NCBI RefSeq assembly: GCF_963506605.1
Contig: NC_083279.1
Coordinates: 16,368,001-16,432,000 of the forward strand
Direction of reading: 5' to 3'
Source of the DNA: Zootoca vivipara
Lineage: Eukaryota
DNA length: 64,000 nt
Made by a program: the position numbers and the translations under genes. Positions 37,690 to 49,461 of the stretch are shown here, piece by piece. Position 1 is the stretch's first letter, and each line of letters opens with the position of its first letter. Under the pieces are notes generated by a model. That model was not told where the DNA came from. It saw only the letters and a list, made by a program, of their open reading frames with translations, and searched no databases.

Positions 37690-39051
37690 GTGCTTATTCA
37701 TATGTAGTTTGACCCTAAATGGGGTATCTGTTGGGGAATTTATGTCTTAGAAAGAAGGAACCCATTTCCATAAAGCAGTGGATTATGCCTGAGTTAAATT
37801 CCACTTCTACTTTACCGTGAAAATTTTCCATTTTATAGTATGCTAGAGAACTTTCTGGGGTTTAACCAGGCAACAGTTGTCTGGAAATAGGGGGAAAGAG
37901 AGAGTGAGAGGAGATATGCACCAGAAGGAGGCAGTGGAGATGAGGAAAAAATAAAATACTGTACTTCACAGGAACAAGGAGAGGGTTATTCTGGCTGCCT
38001 TGCAGAATAAAATCTTTCTAAATTAGCACTGTTTAGTTGAAATGTTCTCCAACACTTATATCATGATTATATGCATTTAGTGGGAAGTCAAAACAAAAGG
38101 CTGGGCTGATATTTCACTGAGCACTGACCATACGCTGGGAGGAAAGGGGGAAAAAAAGAAAATGTGCCAAAGAATGGCATAGGCCAGGAGAAATTTCTGT
38201 GGATTTCAGGATATGAGGGTTGGCTTACCGTATTTATAGATGTGGTGGCCAAGGGCAGAGTTTTCTCTTTTCTTTTTATGCATTTTAAAAAGAAAAGCAT
38301 TTTGAGGCATGATCATGATCAGTGGCTGGTGAGTCTTTCAACCTCTCTGAAATCTTCTGACTTCTTTCTAGCCCACTCACCAGTAAAAGAACATGTTATT
38401 TCTCTGTTTTGACTAGGGGAAGGGGACGGGGAAGATGGAAATGGAAATTTATCCCAGTAGTAATCCCCCACCTCCGCCTCATGAAAGCAAATGATGTTTT
38501 GGTTTTGTGACTGTAGTATATATCTCTGTGTATAGATATGTATTCAATGGATGTAAACAGCTTATTCCTGCTTCAACAACAACAAGAAGAAATGTCCAAA
38601 CAGGGTTGTATCTCAGGTTTGCTGTTCAGAGACCTTATGAATTTGAGTGACTGAATGTATTGATTCCTCCTGTCAGTTACAAAGAAGCGGATTCCACTAG
38701 AATGAGAATCATAGTCCTCCGTGTTTCAAAACACAGTTGAAATATGTCCTAAAATGTGTCCCAAATCTTATCCCTATGCTGGCAGCATTCAGGATGTAGC
38801 AAACAGAACAAGCTAAGCCATTTCATACTGAGTCCTATTTTAAGATGTATATTGCAGAGTGAAAGATAGATCATAATTTGGAATGTAGCAATTCCCAGAA
38901 CGCCAAGGAAAGCCTTGGCCAGTTCATACAGCTGGTGCCCTCAATGGTATGTTCCTAGATCATGGCCAACCTGGGGTTGTGCAGAACTATTATTTCTGTC
39001 TCTGTGTGTGTTACACACAGCTTCCACAGGTGTATGCAATTTTTATGTGAT

Positions 39052-39240
39052 AGGCCATACCTTGGTTGCAGGCCACCTGCTTTGCATGCAGAAGGTCCTA
39101 GATTTAATACTTGACATCTCCAGGTGGATCTAGGAGAGACCTCTGTCTGGAATCCTGAAGAGCCACTGCCAGTCTTCACAGACTATACAGAGCTAGATGG
39201 ATCAATGGTTTGACAAAGTGCAGGAGAGCTTCTTGCATTC
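39052..39240 (+). mobile_element. SINE with tRNA-Ala-like head (degenerate)
   Basis: ctgctttgcatgcagaaggtcc...gagccactgccagtc...gagctagatggatcaatgg. Confidence 0.65.
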
Positions 39241-39441
39241 TTAAACACAGTATATCTCAGGATGTAGAGGTAATGAAATCACAGCAGACACATATCTACA
39301 TTCATTTGAAGGCATAGGTCCATACATCCCTATTTCCATCTGATTCCAAATGCCTGCAAACCTGCCTTCCCCTCTCCTACTCTCCATCATCTTGGGAATC
39401 ATGATCTAGGGGCATTCTATTGTGGTTGTCTAAAGCTATTT

Positions 39442-40236
39442 CGTGTCTCAGATATGCAGATGACACAACCTTGATGGCAGAAAGCGAAGAGGAATTAAAG
39501 AACCTTTTAATGAGGGTGAAAGAGGAGAGCGCAAAATATGATCTGAAGCTCATCATCAAAAAAACCAAGATCATGGCCACTGGTCCCATCACCTCCTGGC
39601 AAATAGAAGGGGAAGAAATGGAGGCAGTGAGAGATTTTACTTTCTTGGGCTCCTTGATCACTGCAGATGGTGACAGCAGTCACAAAATTAAAAGACGCCT
39701 GCTTCTTGGGAGAAAAGCAATGACAAACCTAGACAGCATCTTAAAAAGCAGAGACATCACCTTGCCTACAAAGGTCCGTATAGTTAAAGCTATGGTTTTC
39801 CCAGTAGTGATGTATGGAAGTGAGAGCTGGACCATAAAGAAGGCTGATCGCCGAAGAATTGATGCTTTTGAATTATGGTGGTGGAGGAGACTCTTGAGAG
39901 TCCCATGGACTGCTAGAAGATCAAACCTATCCATTCTTAAGGAAATCAGCCCTGAGTGCTCCCTGGAAGGACAGATCGTGAAGCTGAGGCTCCAATACTT
40001 TGGCCACCTCATGAGAAGAGAAGACTCCCTGGAAAAGACCCTGATGTTGGGAAAGATTGAGGGCACAAGGAGAAGGGGACGACAGAGGACAAGGTGGTTG
40101 GACAGTGTTCTCGAAGCTACGAACATGAGTTTGACCAAACTGCGGGAGGCAGTGCAAGACAGGAGTGCCTGGCATGCTATGGTCCATGGGGTCACGAAGA
40201 GTCGGACACGACTAAACGACTAAACAACAACAACAA
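39442..40236 (+). mobile_element. 5'-truncated BovB (RTE) LINE with uninterrupted RT C-terminal frame
   Basis: ORF 39420..40223 has LRYADDTTLMAESEEELK...GVTKSRTRLND; (CAA)n tail; 10-bp TSD AAAGCTATTT (39432-39441 and 40237-40246). Confidence 0.95.
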
Positions 40237-41615
40237 AAAGCTATTTGAAAACATATTTGCGGGCTTAGGTTTTTCCTTTCTTTATTAGTTCCCTTTATTC
40301 TTCTAGTGCCACTAGCACAGCCTCTACTTCTAGCATGATCCGTCAGAAAGTCAAACCTGACTCTGTGAGTCTGATGCACCAGAGCTGAGCGAATGCAGAC
40401 GCCATCTTTTTCTGAACTCCAGAACTTCGTTAGCAAGTAATGCACTGCTTGACTGAGCAAACCTCCAGCTGATTTCAATGACACTTTTGTTTGATTAAAG
40501 ACTTCAGATTTCATCTCTGAGGAGGAGGGATGAATGGAGAACTCCTTCAAAGGGAAGATGTGCTTCGGTGCCAGAGGCCAGCTGGGTATGTTTATAGAGA
40601 GGGAAGGAGGTTGTAGAACGTTGGTTGCCTAGAGCGGGGGAAGAATTCAGGGGAAGGGAAGCCCAGAGGGTCTCTCAAGTGGCAGGTTTCTGTTTGGCTC
40701 CACCTGGAAATGCTCCAATATTAGCCAACAATTCATCTTCCCCAGCTAATTGCATTTAGATGGTGTTGAGAATCATGTTTTCCTGCTTCAACCTGCAGTG
40801 GGTACAAAAATCCTATCTTGCATGTGCTATGCATATGCACATGTTAGTAGAATGCATTTAGAAAGGGAGAATAGGCTCTCTCAGTTTAAGCAGTGGTAAA
40901 CTAACGAGCATGACGAGTGACACTGGCCACATTCACACAGCATGGCAAAACCATAGTTAATAGTTTACCATTTAAGTGGCAATCTTGGCCATTTTGTTCC
41001 CAGGTTGACAAGCTCCACCTGCCCCTCCCTTCCCTGTCTACAGCATGTGCGGGAACTGCCTTCTTGACCCACTATTGGTCTCATCTGCTCAATCTGCTGG
41101 AGTCTTTCTTCACATGCAGGAGAAGTCCCTGACTCACCAAGGGCTTGAGAGCCGTCAGCTACCCTCACCTGTTTTAGCTGGCCAGTCAAAGCTATTCCCG
41201 GGGTATGGCCACTGTTACATCGCATATGATGAGCGGGCCGCTTATAAATCTCTTGTCAATAGCAGATGGTGGTGTGAGGTGGAGGCACTTGTCTGACCTG
41301 GCAGGTGAGTCACTGCTCCTTACCAGGAGGGGGAGAGGAGAGGCGACAGGGAGGCATGGTGCAAAAGCACCCGCAGAGTGCTTCCTTATCCAGGTAAGCA
41401 GCAGTGACCCACCTGCCAGGAGGTCATGTCTCTGCTCCAACTCATGATTTGCTACTGTCTTCTGTGTAGATCAGGAAGAGACTCACTTGATTTAAGAAAT
41501 CAGCCACGTGTGCCTAGTCTATGAAGATTTGCTACTGGTGGTCATACAAACCGACACCCATGCTCATTTTGGCAGTAAGCTTTGCTGTAAATGTGACTTT
41601 CTGAGAATTCCACTA

Positions 41616-41935
41616 CAGTGGAACCTCGGTTTATGAATTTTCGGATTACGGACGCCGCGGACCCATCTGGAACGGATTAATTCACTTTCCATTACTTTCA
41701 ATGGGAAAGTTTGCTTCAGTTTATGGACGCTTCAGTTTATCAACAGACTTCCGGAACCAATTACACCCATGCTTCGGGTTAAGTACGCTTCGGGTTGAGT
41801 ACTCCGTGGACCCGTCTAGAACAGATTAATCCACTTTCCATTATTTCAATGGGAAAGTTTGCTTCAGTTTATGAACGCTTCAGTTTATGAACAGACTTCT
41901 GGAACCAATTGTGTTCATAAACCGAAGTACCACTG
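41616..41935. mobile_element. Tc1/mariner MITE with internal duplication
   Basis: TA|CAGTGGAACCTCGGTTTATGAA...TTCATAAACCGAAGTACCACTG|TA; about 41655-41762 is repeated at about 41804-41910. Confidence 0.88.
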
Positions 41936-42466
41936 TACTATTGCTTTTGCTGTTGCCATGAAATGTGCTTCCATGAGGGACAAATGAGCCCAGAATTCCT
42001 CCTTTTGCCCTGCACCTGTGCACCCCTGTTTCTACCTTATCCTCCTCCATAAACCCAACATTGAATAACTAATTCATGCGCTTTATATTTCTAAGCACAT
42101 ACACATAGTCTTTATAAAATAACTACTTTTTTAATGTCAAGGATTTTAAATGGTACATTGCTTGGAAAATGCATAGGCTACAAGGTCGTGAACCTGCGCT
42201 AAGGAGAAAAGAAAGACTGTGACTGAAATAGAAATGTGTCTTGCAGACAGGAGAGGGATATTATCGTGGCTGTTTTCCAAATGTGAGTCACTGAGGCAAG
42301 AAGGGATTAGGCCACAACGTATTTCTGTTATTTCTGTACAGGTGTCTTTTGACATTCTGCAACATGTTGCATTTGCATCTCATCCATCTGGGATGAGACG
42401 TGCTGCATTGAGAGACAAGCTCAGGATTTAGACGTTGAGCTGAAGAGTACTTTCCCTTCCCTTTTA

Positions 42467-42791
42467 TAAAGGTAAAGGGACCCCTGACCGTTAGCTCCAG
42501 TTGCAGACAACTCTGGGGTTGTCATGCTTTATTGACCAAGGGGGCTGGCGTACAGCTCCGGGTCATGTGACCAGCATGACTAATCTGCTTCTGCAAACCA
42601 CAGCAGTGCACGGAAACGCCATTTACCTTCCCGCCTATTTATCTACCTGCACTTTGACATGCTTTTGAACTGCTAAATAAAAAAATTCCTTCAGTAGCAC
42701 CTTAAAGACCAACTAAGTTTATATTTTGGTATGAGCTTTCGTGTGCATGCACACTTCTTCAGATACCCAATTTTGAACTGCTAGTTAGCAG
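42467..42791 (-). mobile_element. Partial Sauria SINE interrupted by a hammerhead-containing insert
   Basis: taaaggtaaagggacccctgacc is the reverse complement of the Sauria tail; the body is homologous to 6581-6937. Confidence 0.85.
42676..42770 (-). mobile_element. Minimal Penelope-derived insertion consisting largely of a hammerhead ribozyme (42728-42767)
   Basis: Reverse complement GGTAT-CTGAAGA-A-GTGTGCATGCACAC-GAAA-GC-TC-ATACC; 13-bp TSD TTTTGAACTGCTA (42663-42675 and 42771-42783). Confidence 0.85.
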
Positions 42792-44032
42792 TACCTTGAC
42801 AGAGAAGACTGAAAACTGGTCACTTGGTTGCAGTCTTCCCCACTAGGGCAAGACGTACTGCATTGTAATTTGAATCATTGTTTCTAAAGGTACACCTTTC
42901 AATCAAATTAGCATATGCAAATCCATACCCTCTCTTGTGTCCTTTTTGTGTCCTTTTTTTATCCAGTTAACAGCACTGTTCACTAAGAGGGGAAAAGGTA
43001 GGCAAGTGAGGCTAATACACCTCCTTTTGGTGCTCACTGGTTTAGAGAGGGCAAGTCAACAGGCAGCAACAGCAAGGAAAAGTCCAGGGTCTATGGTGGT
43101 CAGCAATGGGGCAAGGCAGGAGCCTGATGAAGCCAAAACCTGACACTAGCCAAGTAAAAAGATCAGCCACGCATGGGGAGTGGAGCAAAAAGGGAGATGA
43201 GGATCAATTTGGCAGTGCCAGAATGAAATGCAGTGTTATAAACTGGAAATGTTATATTTGGGACCAGGGGCTGATCTTCCCTTATCATGCTGAATGGATG
43301 CTTCATTTAAATGCTTTGTAAACCTCACTGTATTTACTTGGAAGAAAAGCTCTATTCATTCCTACATGCATGCCCTTCACAGACTCTGTCCGCACTTGAT
43401 TGCTGTATATGTGTCCTGGGTTCACCTGCAACCCAAACCCAAGATTCACCAAGATGAGTGGACTTTTAAATAGGTGGATCTCTGGTTGAGCCAGCTAAGA
43501 CTGGGTTCAGTCAGGGCTATGCTATGCAGGCTGAAGGCCTTCATTCCAGCTCATGCCAGCATAAGTCCTCTGACTCATCTTAGGCTGGAATAAGTCCCCC
43601 ACAAAGATATGAGGCAGGAGGAGACCTACCCCATTCCAAACTTCATTCAGCTTGGTCACATGACCTAGTAGCCCAGCAGGAGTTACAGTGGTAAAAAGGG
43701 TGGTTTTATTTTAAGGGCTTATTTCCCCTCTGCTAGGCTCAGGCCAACTTAGTTAGCAGTAGCTCCACTCCTGAAACGAGTTTGGAATCGGGGATAGCTA
43801 CACCACCATAATCCACCCCAGTATAAGTTACACTGGCTTCCTATCATTTGGATCCGCCCAGGGGCTCCTTGGATGATTTCAGAATTCTGCTTAACCACTT
43901 CCTGCCACTGGCAATGCCTGGCTGCCCATAGGCCCACCAGATGTAGTTGACTGGGTGTCTCGTTTGCACACTGATTTCCAGGTTTTATGTTGTATATGGA
44001 ATGTGCTGCTCTATATGACAGACATTGAACTT

Positions 44033-44078
<46 letters not shown>

Positions 44079-45138
44079 GCAGATGGGATGCCCACACAAG
44101 TACATTGGTTGGAACTAGATACTGGACAGGTGGACAGGTGGACACGCATGGCCCTGCTCCACTGCCAAGTGTTACCTTGTAAGTTTGTACCATCCCATAA
44201 TGACCGCCACTCTCTGTGATTCCTTGCATAACACCATGGAGAGAACTGTCACATCCCATACTGAATTTTGCAGTGGAATCAGTTTCACACATCCAGTTGC
44301 CAGTCATTACACATAGCGAATTACTGTAGTGAAATCAAGCGATGATCATGCATATGTGAAACAGCCATCTGTTCCATTGGTTTCAGTAGAAAGCACTTCC
44401 AAGTAATTGTGCTGAAGATTGCAGTCTTGATGGCCTAATAAAACTTTAAGCCCTTTAGAACTGACCTGTAGAGCTTTCCAGAGCATTGCAATGACCCAGA
44501 TAAACAAGTTCTCATTATTCAACACACAGACCCTTGCATTTCTTACTGTAGTTTGACCTGAAGCAACGATTGGCCTCCAAGATGCAAATGTTGCAAATCT
44601 CAGTCAGATCTAACCACATGGGAGTGCATTCAGAAGATGTCTAGCATGCAGAAATAACAGGGAAATACTATCTTGGGGTGCTTTACTAGGCTCAGATATT
44701 ACTGTGGGAATTGAGACATTGCAGTGGAATCCTGAGCTTATTTATTCAGAAGTAAATCATACTGGAGTCAATGGTGCTTGCAAAACTGTGTGCATTAGTC
44801 AAAACTCATGCAAAAATGTGTATATCTGCATGGAAATGCTTCCACCACTGCAAAAGGAGGAGGAGTCAATCATTGACGGGCATGGCAGAGACATCTAGCT
44901 AAACCTCATTGGGGCGCACCCACCTCATTGTGAAACAAGCAAGCATACCTTCAGAGTAACACACAGTTACTAATAAATTAATTGATAGCTGCTAAAATAT
45001 AGGTAGAATCATATAGACTGTGATCCCATCTACATGAGAGTGGCTCAATGGCATCTGATGCACAGCACTTATTTAAATATGAACTTATTTTATAGGGAAT
45101 TGCACTGGATCATATACAAATAAATTAAGTAAGAAATT

Positions 45139-45183
<45 letters not shown>

Positions 45184-45902
45184 TATTTATACCCCTGCCC
45201 ATCTGGCCGGGTCTCCCCAGCCACTCTGGGCGGCTTCCAACAGAAAAATAAAACACAATAATCTATTAAACATTAAAAGCCTCCCTGAACAGGGCTGCCT
45301 TCAGATGTCTTCTAAAAGTCTGGTAGTTGTTTTCCTTTTTGACATCTGTTGGGAGGGCGTTCCACAGGGCAGGCACCACCCACTGAGAAGGCCCTCTGCC
45401 TAGTTCCCTGCAACTTGGCTTCTCACAACGAGGGAACTGCCAGAAGGCCCTCGGTGCTGGACCTCAGTGTCCAGGCAGAATGATGGAGGTGGAGATGCTC
45501 CTTCAGGTAATCTGGACTGAGGCCATTTAGGGCTTTAAAGGTCAGCACCAACACTTTGAATTGTGCTCGGAAACGTACTGGGAGCCAATGTAGATCTTTC
45601 AAGACCAGTGTTATGTGGTCTCGGCGGCCGCTCCCAGTCACCAGTCTAGCTGCTGCATTCTGGATTAGTTGTAGTTTCCGAGTCACCTTCAAAGGTAGCC
45701 CCAAGTAGAGCGCATTGCAGTAGTCCAAGCGGGAGATAACTAGAGCATGCACCACTCTGGCTAGACAGTCTGCAGGCAGGTAGGGTCTGAGCCTGCGTAC
45801 CAGATGGAGCTGATAGACAGCTGCCCTAGACACAGAATTGACCTGCGCCTCCATGGACAGCTGTGAGTCCAAAATGACTCCCAGGCTGCGCACCTGGTCT
45901 TT
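45139..45902 (-). mobile_element. L2 LINE 3' fragment
   Basis: ORF 45423..45977 has VRSLGVILDSQLSM...SRLDYCNALYLGLP...QNAAARLV...LHWLPV; (AAT)n tail. Confidence 0.93.
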
Positions 45903-46393
45903 CATGCACTTAATGCAGTGGAACAATACTGTAGTGGTAGCAAAAGCAGCAGCAAATAAATAAATAACTTCAGTCAAAAGGCTATGTTGGCCCGTTGCAA
46001 CTTAACCAAGATGCAAGTCTTGCTAACTCTAAATGTGGCTCACTTTCTAGTATGTGCATTTAGAATGCCAACTGTAAGCAGGCAACTGAGCTTCCTGGGG
46101 CAAAGTGTCCCAAAATTAAGCCCTTTCTCTGTTTCCCATCAGCCAAGCCTCTGCCATAGCTGAGATGTAGTGCTTAACTTAACCACACTTACCTTTTGCC
46201 CCATTCTTTCTAGGGACAGGGCTGTGCTTAAAAGCTTCATATCCAAGTGTGGGGTTTCCCTGCAAAAACCCGCCTGGAGCAAATGCCAAATTGGATTGAG
46301 CTTTAAAGGGTGTGTTTTCAAGCTCTGGAGGAGAAAAGGAAGGCTGTGTGGACATGGAGCACAGATCATGCCTGGAAAAAGCAAACAAGAACT

Positions 46394-46520
46394 AGCCTAG
46401 CTCAGATGGTAGAGCATGAGACTCATAATCTCAGGGTTGTGGGTTTGAGCCCCACATTGGACAGAGGGTTGCACTAGATGATCCTTGCGGTCCCTTCTAG
46501 CTCTACAGTTCTATGATTCT
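46394..46520 (+). mobile_element. tRNA-Lys-derived SINE with CR1 tail
   Basis: ctagctcagatggtagagcatgagactcataatctcagggttgtgggtttgagccccac resembles tRNA-Lys(CTT), fused to the CR1 tail ctagatgatcc...ctctacagttctatgattct. Confidence 0.8.
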
Positions 46521-46549
46521 GTGTGATGTAAGGGTATGTGTGTCAGAAT

Positions 46550-46880
46550 ACAGGGCACAGGTAGGTTGATATGGACAAGGTGGTCCCTAAAATACCCTGG
46601 GCCTAAACCATTTAGAGCTTTAAAGGTAGTCACCAACATTCTGCTTAGAAACAAACTGGTGCCAGTGTGATCATTGAATGACAGGTGTCATATGGCCCTC
46701 CATGTGAACACCAACCACCACCCATCCTTGCATTCTGGGGACAATTGAAGTTTCCAAAGATTTTTCAAGATAACTCCATATTGAGCATTTTGCAATAATT
46801 CAATCTAGATGGAACTAAGGCATCTGTCACTGTGGCAAGGCCTGTCATTGTCAGAAACAGGTGAAGTTGGTGCAGAGCAA
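46550..46880 (-). mobile_element. Old L2 fragment
   Basis: ccatttagagctttaaaggtagtcaccaaca...tgcattctg matches the reverse complement of the L2 KVLVLTFKAL/QNAAAR region. Confidence 0.55.
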
Positions 46881-48870
46881 CCTCAGCAGAGCTAAGGGAC
46901 TCATGAGTACAGACAGGTATAAAGCTGTGTCCAGAAACACCTTGAATAAGACTTTTTATCTAATCTGTGCAGGTGGCCAGACTATCCTCAGATTATAAAA
47001 CGACTCAATTTTGGGATATTGCCCTTCAAAAATAGGAATGAAAACTTCACCAAATACCAAGTGCAGATATTATCAAGTGCTTGGATCCATGCTTCAGCAA
47101 CATAAAAGGGCAAGCACAATATGGTGAGGTAGACTTAAGCTTGAGTTTCAGGATACAGGATACATCATGAACCCTTACATCATTGCTGGAGACTATGGTG
47201 TTTGAAGGTCTATCTTATTCCATCTTATCTTAGCACTTTTATGGTTTATGGGATGCAATGTCTCTTCAACTCATTATTAATAGCCTAGCAGAGGTTGAAT
47301 ACCAGCATCCCATCTTAAGAGGCTGGTGGATCACAGTGGTTCTTGTCTATACAGCTCTATACAGCTGGCAAGTAAATTACATTTTCAGCAATTCAGAAAA
47401 AGAAGTATGGATTTTATCGCACTGTTTTCAGACTGTCAATTAGCCCTGCTTCATCAAACGCATGCTAGATGGAAACATATTTTATCATTATAATTGTGAA
47501 TTAGAAAAGATGTTAGTAACATATAATTAGGAACACTCTAGGAATGCCATTTATGATGGTATGTTAGTAGCTACTTTAGCCTGGTGTTTGATGGCTTTGT
47601 TGTTGCTTGCTTCGTGGTACTTGCTGTTTAAGGGACAGAAGAAAAACAACCCCCATTCCAGGTGCAGCCAGCTACAGACACATTTTAAGTCCCACTGCTT
47701 TTGAGGGGAGAGTAAATCAAGTATGTGCTCAAACTGAACACATTGAATCAGTGTGACTCAAAAATGCTCCTTTGACAAGACTGTATGTCCCAATATTTTA
47801 TCATTTGAAGTTGCATTTCAAAAGGGCTATGAACACTGAGTAGCCTCACAAACCCATATACAAGCTCAAGATTGCAATAATGGGTTAAAACACACCTTGT
47901 TTTGTGGGAATGTTCAGGAATGTGGATGAGGAGATATAGTTTAATATATCCTATCCCAGCTTGTGTTAACAAGCTCCAAACTTAGCAGAGTTTTCATTCC
48001 CCTTTAATGCACAGCAAAAACGGTTGCTCAGGCTTGCTGAAGCCTATAGAATAATATATATGTTTCCTGGATTTTCCCCTTTAAGCCTCTTAAAAGAAAA
48101 TACACGACACAATGCTCTTTAAAAGTATGAAAATAGTTTACTTACAGACTTCCTGAGACACAGCACAACTCAAGAGGCAGACTAGCTTAGATAAAAGTAT
48201 TTACATGCTGAATCTGCTCCATAGGGGAAAGCAGATTCATTGTTCTCTTGGCTGGAGAGATCTCTTCCTTAGATGTTGCTTGCTTGAAGTCCAAATCGAA
48301 AGAGAGTGAAATGGCCGCTGGCCAGTGACTTTACCTGGCCAGGTAACGCCCACTTCAGTTACAAACAGAGGAAATCCCTCCCAGATCAGTGGCAGGAAGT
48401 TTTGCTGCTGACCTGGTCAGGTGTCCCTCCATGTGGTCACTCTAGGAACTGTTGTGACTTGACTGCACCTAGCTTTACATCCCACGTGTTTTGTACTGGA
48501 TTGTGAGCTCCGTGGGAGAAGACCACAATCCTACTCACATTGAGACAAGCACGAATGGTGCACACACTTCTTTCACTTCTTTCTGGAAGAAGAGAGCCAT
48601 TCGGGACCTTAAGCATGCACAGAACAGCCGCAACACCAAAGGAGATAGTATGTATTGCCAAGAATATCCCTTAAGCATAAATTACACAAGATTTCAAGCT
48701 GACAGATATGACAGCATTGGTGGATAATTCTTGTCTCCCACTCCTACCCCATAGGCACTTCAAGCTTTCCGATCACTCTTTCTTAAAAAAAGAAAGGAGA
48801 ATGGGGCTTCGAGCAGCTGCTTCCTGCTTGTGCGTTGCAGGGCCGTACAGTTTTGCAGTCTTTACAGACA

Positions 48871-49047
48871 NNNNNNNNNNNNNNNNNNNNNNNNNNNNNN
48901 NNNNNNNNNNNNNNNNNNNNNNNNNNNNNNNNNNNNNNNNNNNNNNNNNNNNNNNNNNNNNNNNNNNNNNNNNNNNNNNNNNNNNNNNNNNNNNNNNNNN
49001 NNNNNNNNNNNNNNNNNNNNNNNNNNNNNNNNNNNNNNNNNNNNNNN
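48871..49047. other. Assembly gap (177 N)
   Basis: Run of n. Confidence 0.99.
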
Positions 49048-49219
49048 AGTCTGGAGACATAGGCTAAGCAGGTGAATGGAATGGTCCTGCCCAGAACATT
49101 TAGGGGTCTAGGCTAGTCCCACTAGTTCACAGACCACAAACCAATGATATTTTTTATTATTATTTTGGACAGTAGGCCAGTTCTTACATACACTTACACC
49201 TAACAACCAATAGGCAATA

Positions 49220-49461
49220 CAGTGGTACCTTAGTTCTTGAACTTAATCTGTTCTGGAAGTCTGTTTGACTCCCAAAACTGTTCAAAAACCAAGGCGTGGC
49301 TTCCAATTGGCTGCAGGAGCTTCCTGCACTCAAGTGGAAGCCGCATCGGATGTTCGGCTTCCGAAAAATGTTTCCAAGCTGGAACACTCACTTCAGGGTC
49401 TGCAGCATCTGGGAGCAGATTTGTTCGGCAACTAAGCCATTTGGGAACCAAGGTATCACTG
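49220..49461. mobile_element. Tc1/mariner MITE
   Basis: TA|CAGTGGTACCTTAGTTC ... GAACCAAGGTATCACTG. Confidence 0.8.

Noticed and set aside
39420-40223. 267-aa host gene
   Set aside because: It is a 5'-truncated BovB RT fragment; the first codons come from flanking DNA.
46394-46466. tRNA-Met (CAT) gene
   Set aside because: tRNA-Lys body, degenerate T-loop (GGTTTGAG) and acceptor stem, and fused to a CR1 tail: this is a SINE head.
48708-49075. ORFs spanning X runs
   Set aside because: Artefacts of the N gap.
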